DNA of 64,000 nt, taken from positions 186,001 through 250,000 of the forward strand of contig CM052829.1 in the NCBI GenBank assembly GCA_028534125.1, read 5' to 3'. Made by a program: the position numbers and the translations under genes. The notes beneath the pieces are model-generated. The model did not search any database, was not told the DNA's origin, and worked only from the letters and a program-made list of their open reading frames with translations. Within the stretch, counting starts at the first letter, position 1, and each line of letters starts with the position of its first letter. Of this stretch, positions 63,001 through 64,000 are shown piece after piece. This stretch comes from Lama glama. Its lineage: Eukaryota.

Positions 63001-64000
63001 ATCGGTGCAAAAATCCTCAAACAAATACTAGCAAATAGAATCAGCAGCATATGTCAAGGAACACGCACTGTAGCCAAGCGGGGTTTATTCCTGGGATGCA
63101 ATGATGGTTCAGTGCACAAAAGTCGATCAATGTTTAATATTCCATATGAACAAAATGAAAATAAAAAACCACATTATCAACACATTTGATGCAGAAAAAG
63201 CACTTGACAAAATTCAACACCTTTTCATGATAAAAACACTCAACCAACTAGGAAAGTTAGAGAAAGTACCTCAGCATAATAAAAGCCGCATGTGAAAGCC
63301 CCACAGTGAACATCACACTCCGAGGTGAAAACCAGAAACACTTCTTCCAGGACCAGGAACAAGGCAAGGATGACTGCTTTCACCACTTTTACTCAACATT
63401 GTACTGGAAGTTCTAGCCAGAACAATTAGGCAAGGAAAAGAAATCAGGAAGGAAGAAGTAAAATGATCTGTTTGCAGATGATCTAATTTTAAACATAGAA
63501 AACCCTAAAAATTACACAAAAAACTATTAAAATTAATAGAGGAATTCAGCAAAGTAGCAGGACACAAAGTTAACACACATAAATCATTTGCATTTCTATA
63601 CACAAACAATAAACAAACTGAAAATAAAATTACAGAACCAACTCCATTTACATCCAAAAGAATAAATAACTTAGGAACTAACCAAGGAGTGAAAGACTTG
63701 TACAATGAAAGTTCTAAAACACTGGTGAAAGGAGTTAAAGACGACATAAATAAATGGAAACACATTTCATGTTCATGGGTCGGAAAACTTAATGCTGTTC
63801 AAATGTCAATACTATCTAAAGTGATCTACAGATTCAATGCAATCCCCAGTCAGAATTCCAATGACATTTTTTGAAAACATAGAAAAAAACATTCTAAAAC
63901 TCATGTAGAATCTCAAGGGATCCCAAATAGCCGCAACAATCTTAAGAAAATAAAAGTTGAGGACTCAAACTTCCTGATTTCAAAACTTACACAGTGCTGT

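Larger units (their letters stand above)
58629..64000 (+). mobile_element. Old long LINE-1 (L1M3/L1M4, L1MB-age), inactive: 5' UTR from ~58629, ORF1 remnant ~60380-61330, inter-ORF region, ORF2 remnant ~61810 to window end; interrupted by a younger L1
   Basis: 5' end aaaatggcagagtagga..ggaatctgtctcctcacct; A-rich sense strand; ORF2 peptides [42 protein letters not shown] (TTTGCAGATGAT 63471-63482), [19 protein letters not shown]; many stops, frameshifts and deletions. Confidence 0.93.

Noticed and set aside
59535-63874. Reverse transcriptase/zinc-knuckle ORFs as a domesticated gene or active element
   Set aside because: Ordinary L1 ORF2 fragments; the older element has stops, frameshifts and deletions, and the young one is 5'-truncated.

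Overview
Mammalian genomic DNA, probably a camelid. That inference rests on a young LINE-1 3' UTR resembling camelid L1s and on my seeing no Alu, B1, Bov-tA, CHR, PRE1 or SINEC copies. The first ~2.8 kb holds the last three coding exons of the Notch ligand gene DLL1 on the + strand: EGF6-8, transmembrane helix, intracellular tail ending -ATEV, and a 3' UTR running into an assembly gap. About 53 kb of GC/CpG-rich non-coding DNA follows, with old repeat remnants (MIR, L2, L1ME/MB, MLT1, MER53), a 43-unit ~20-bp minisatellite, CpG-rich promoter-like patches and several transcription-factor motif clusters that may be DLL1 enhancers. The last ~8 kb is an AT-rich nest of LINE-1 elements of several ages. 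I found no other credible protein-coding gene and no convincing new biological system. The best leads are: loss of both conserved tyrosines in the DLL1 tail, a possible PDZ-ligand switch by final-intron retention, an E-box/5'-splice-site/RBPJ-like minisatellite, candidate Notch/proneural and Wnt/T-box enhancers, a miR-1302-like MER53 hairpin, and an 84-bp templated insertion between two L1s. Repeat subfamily names and cross-species comparisons come from memory and need confirmation.
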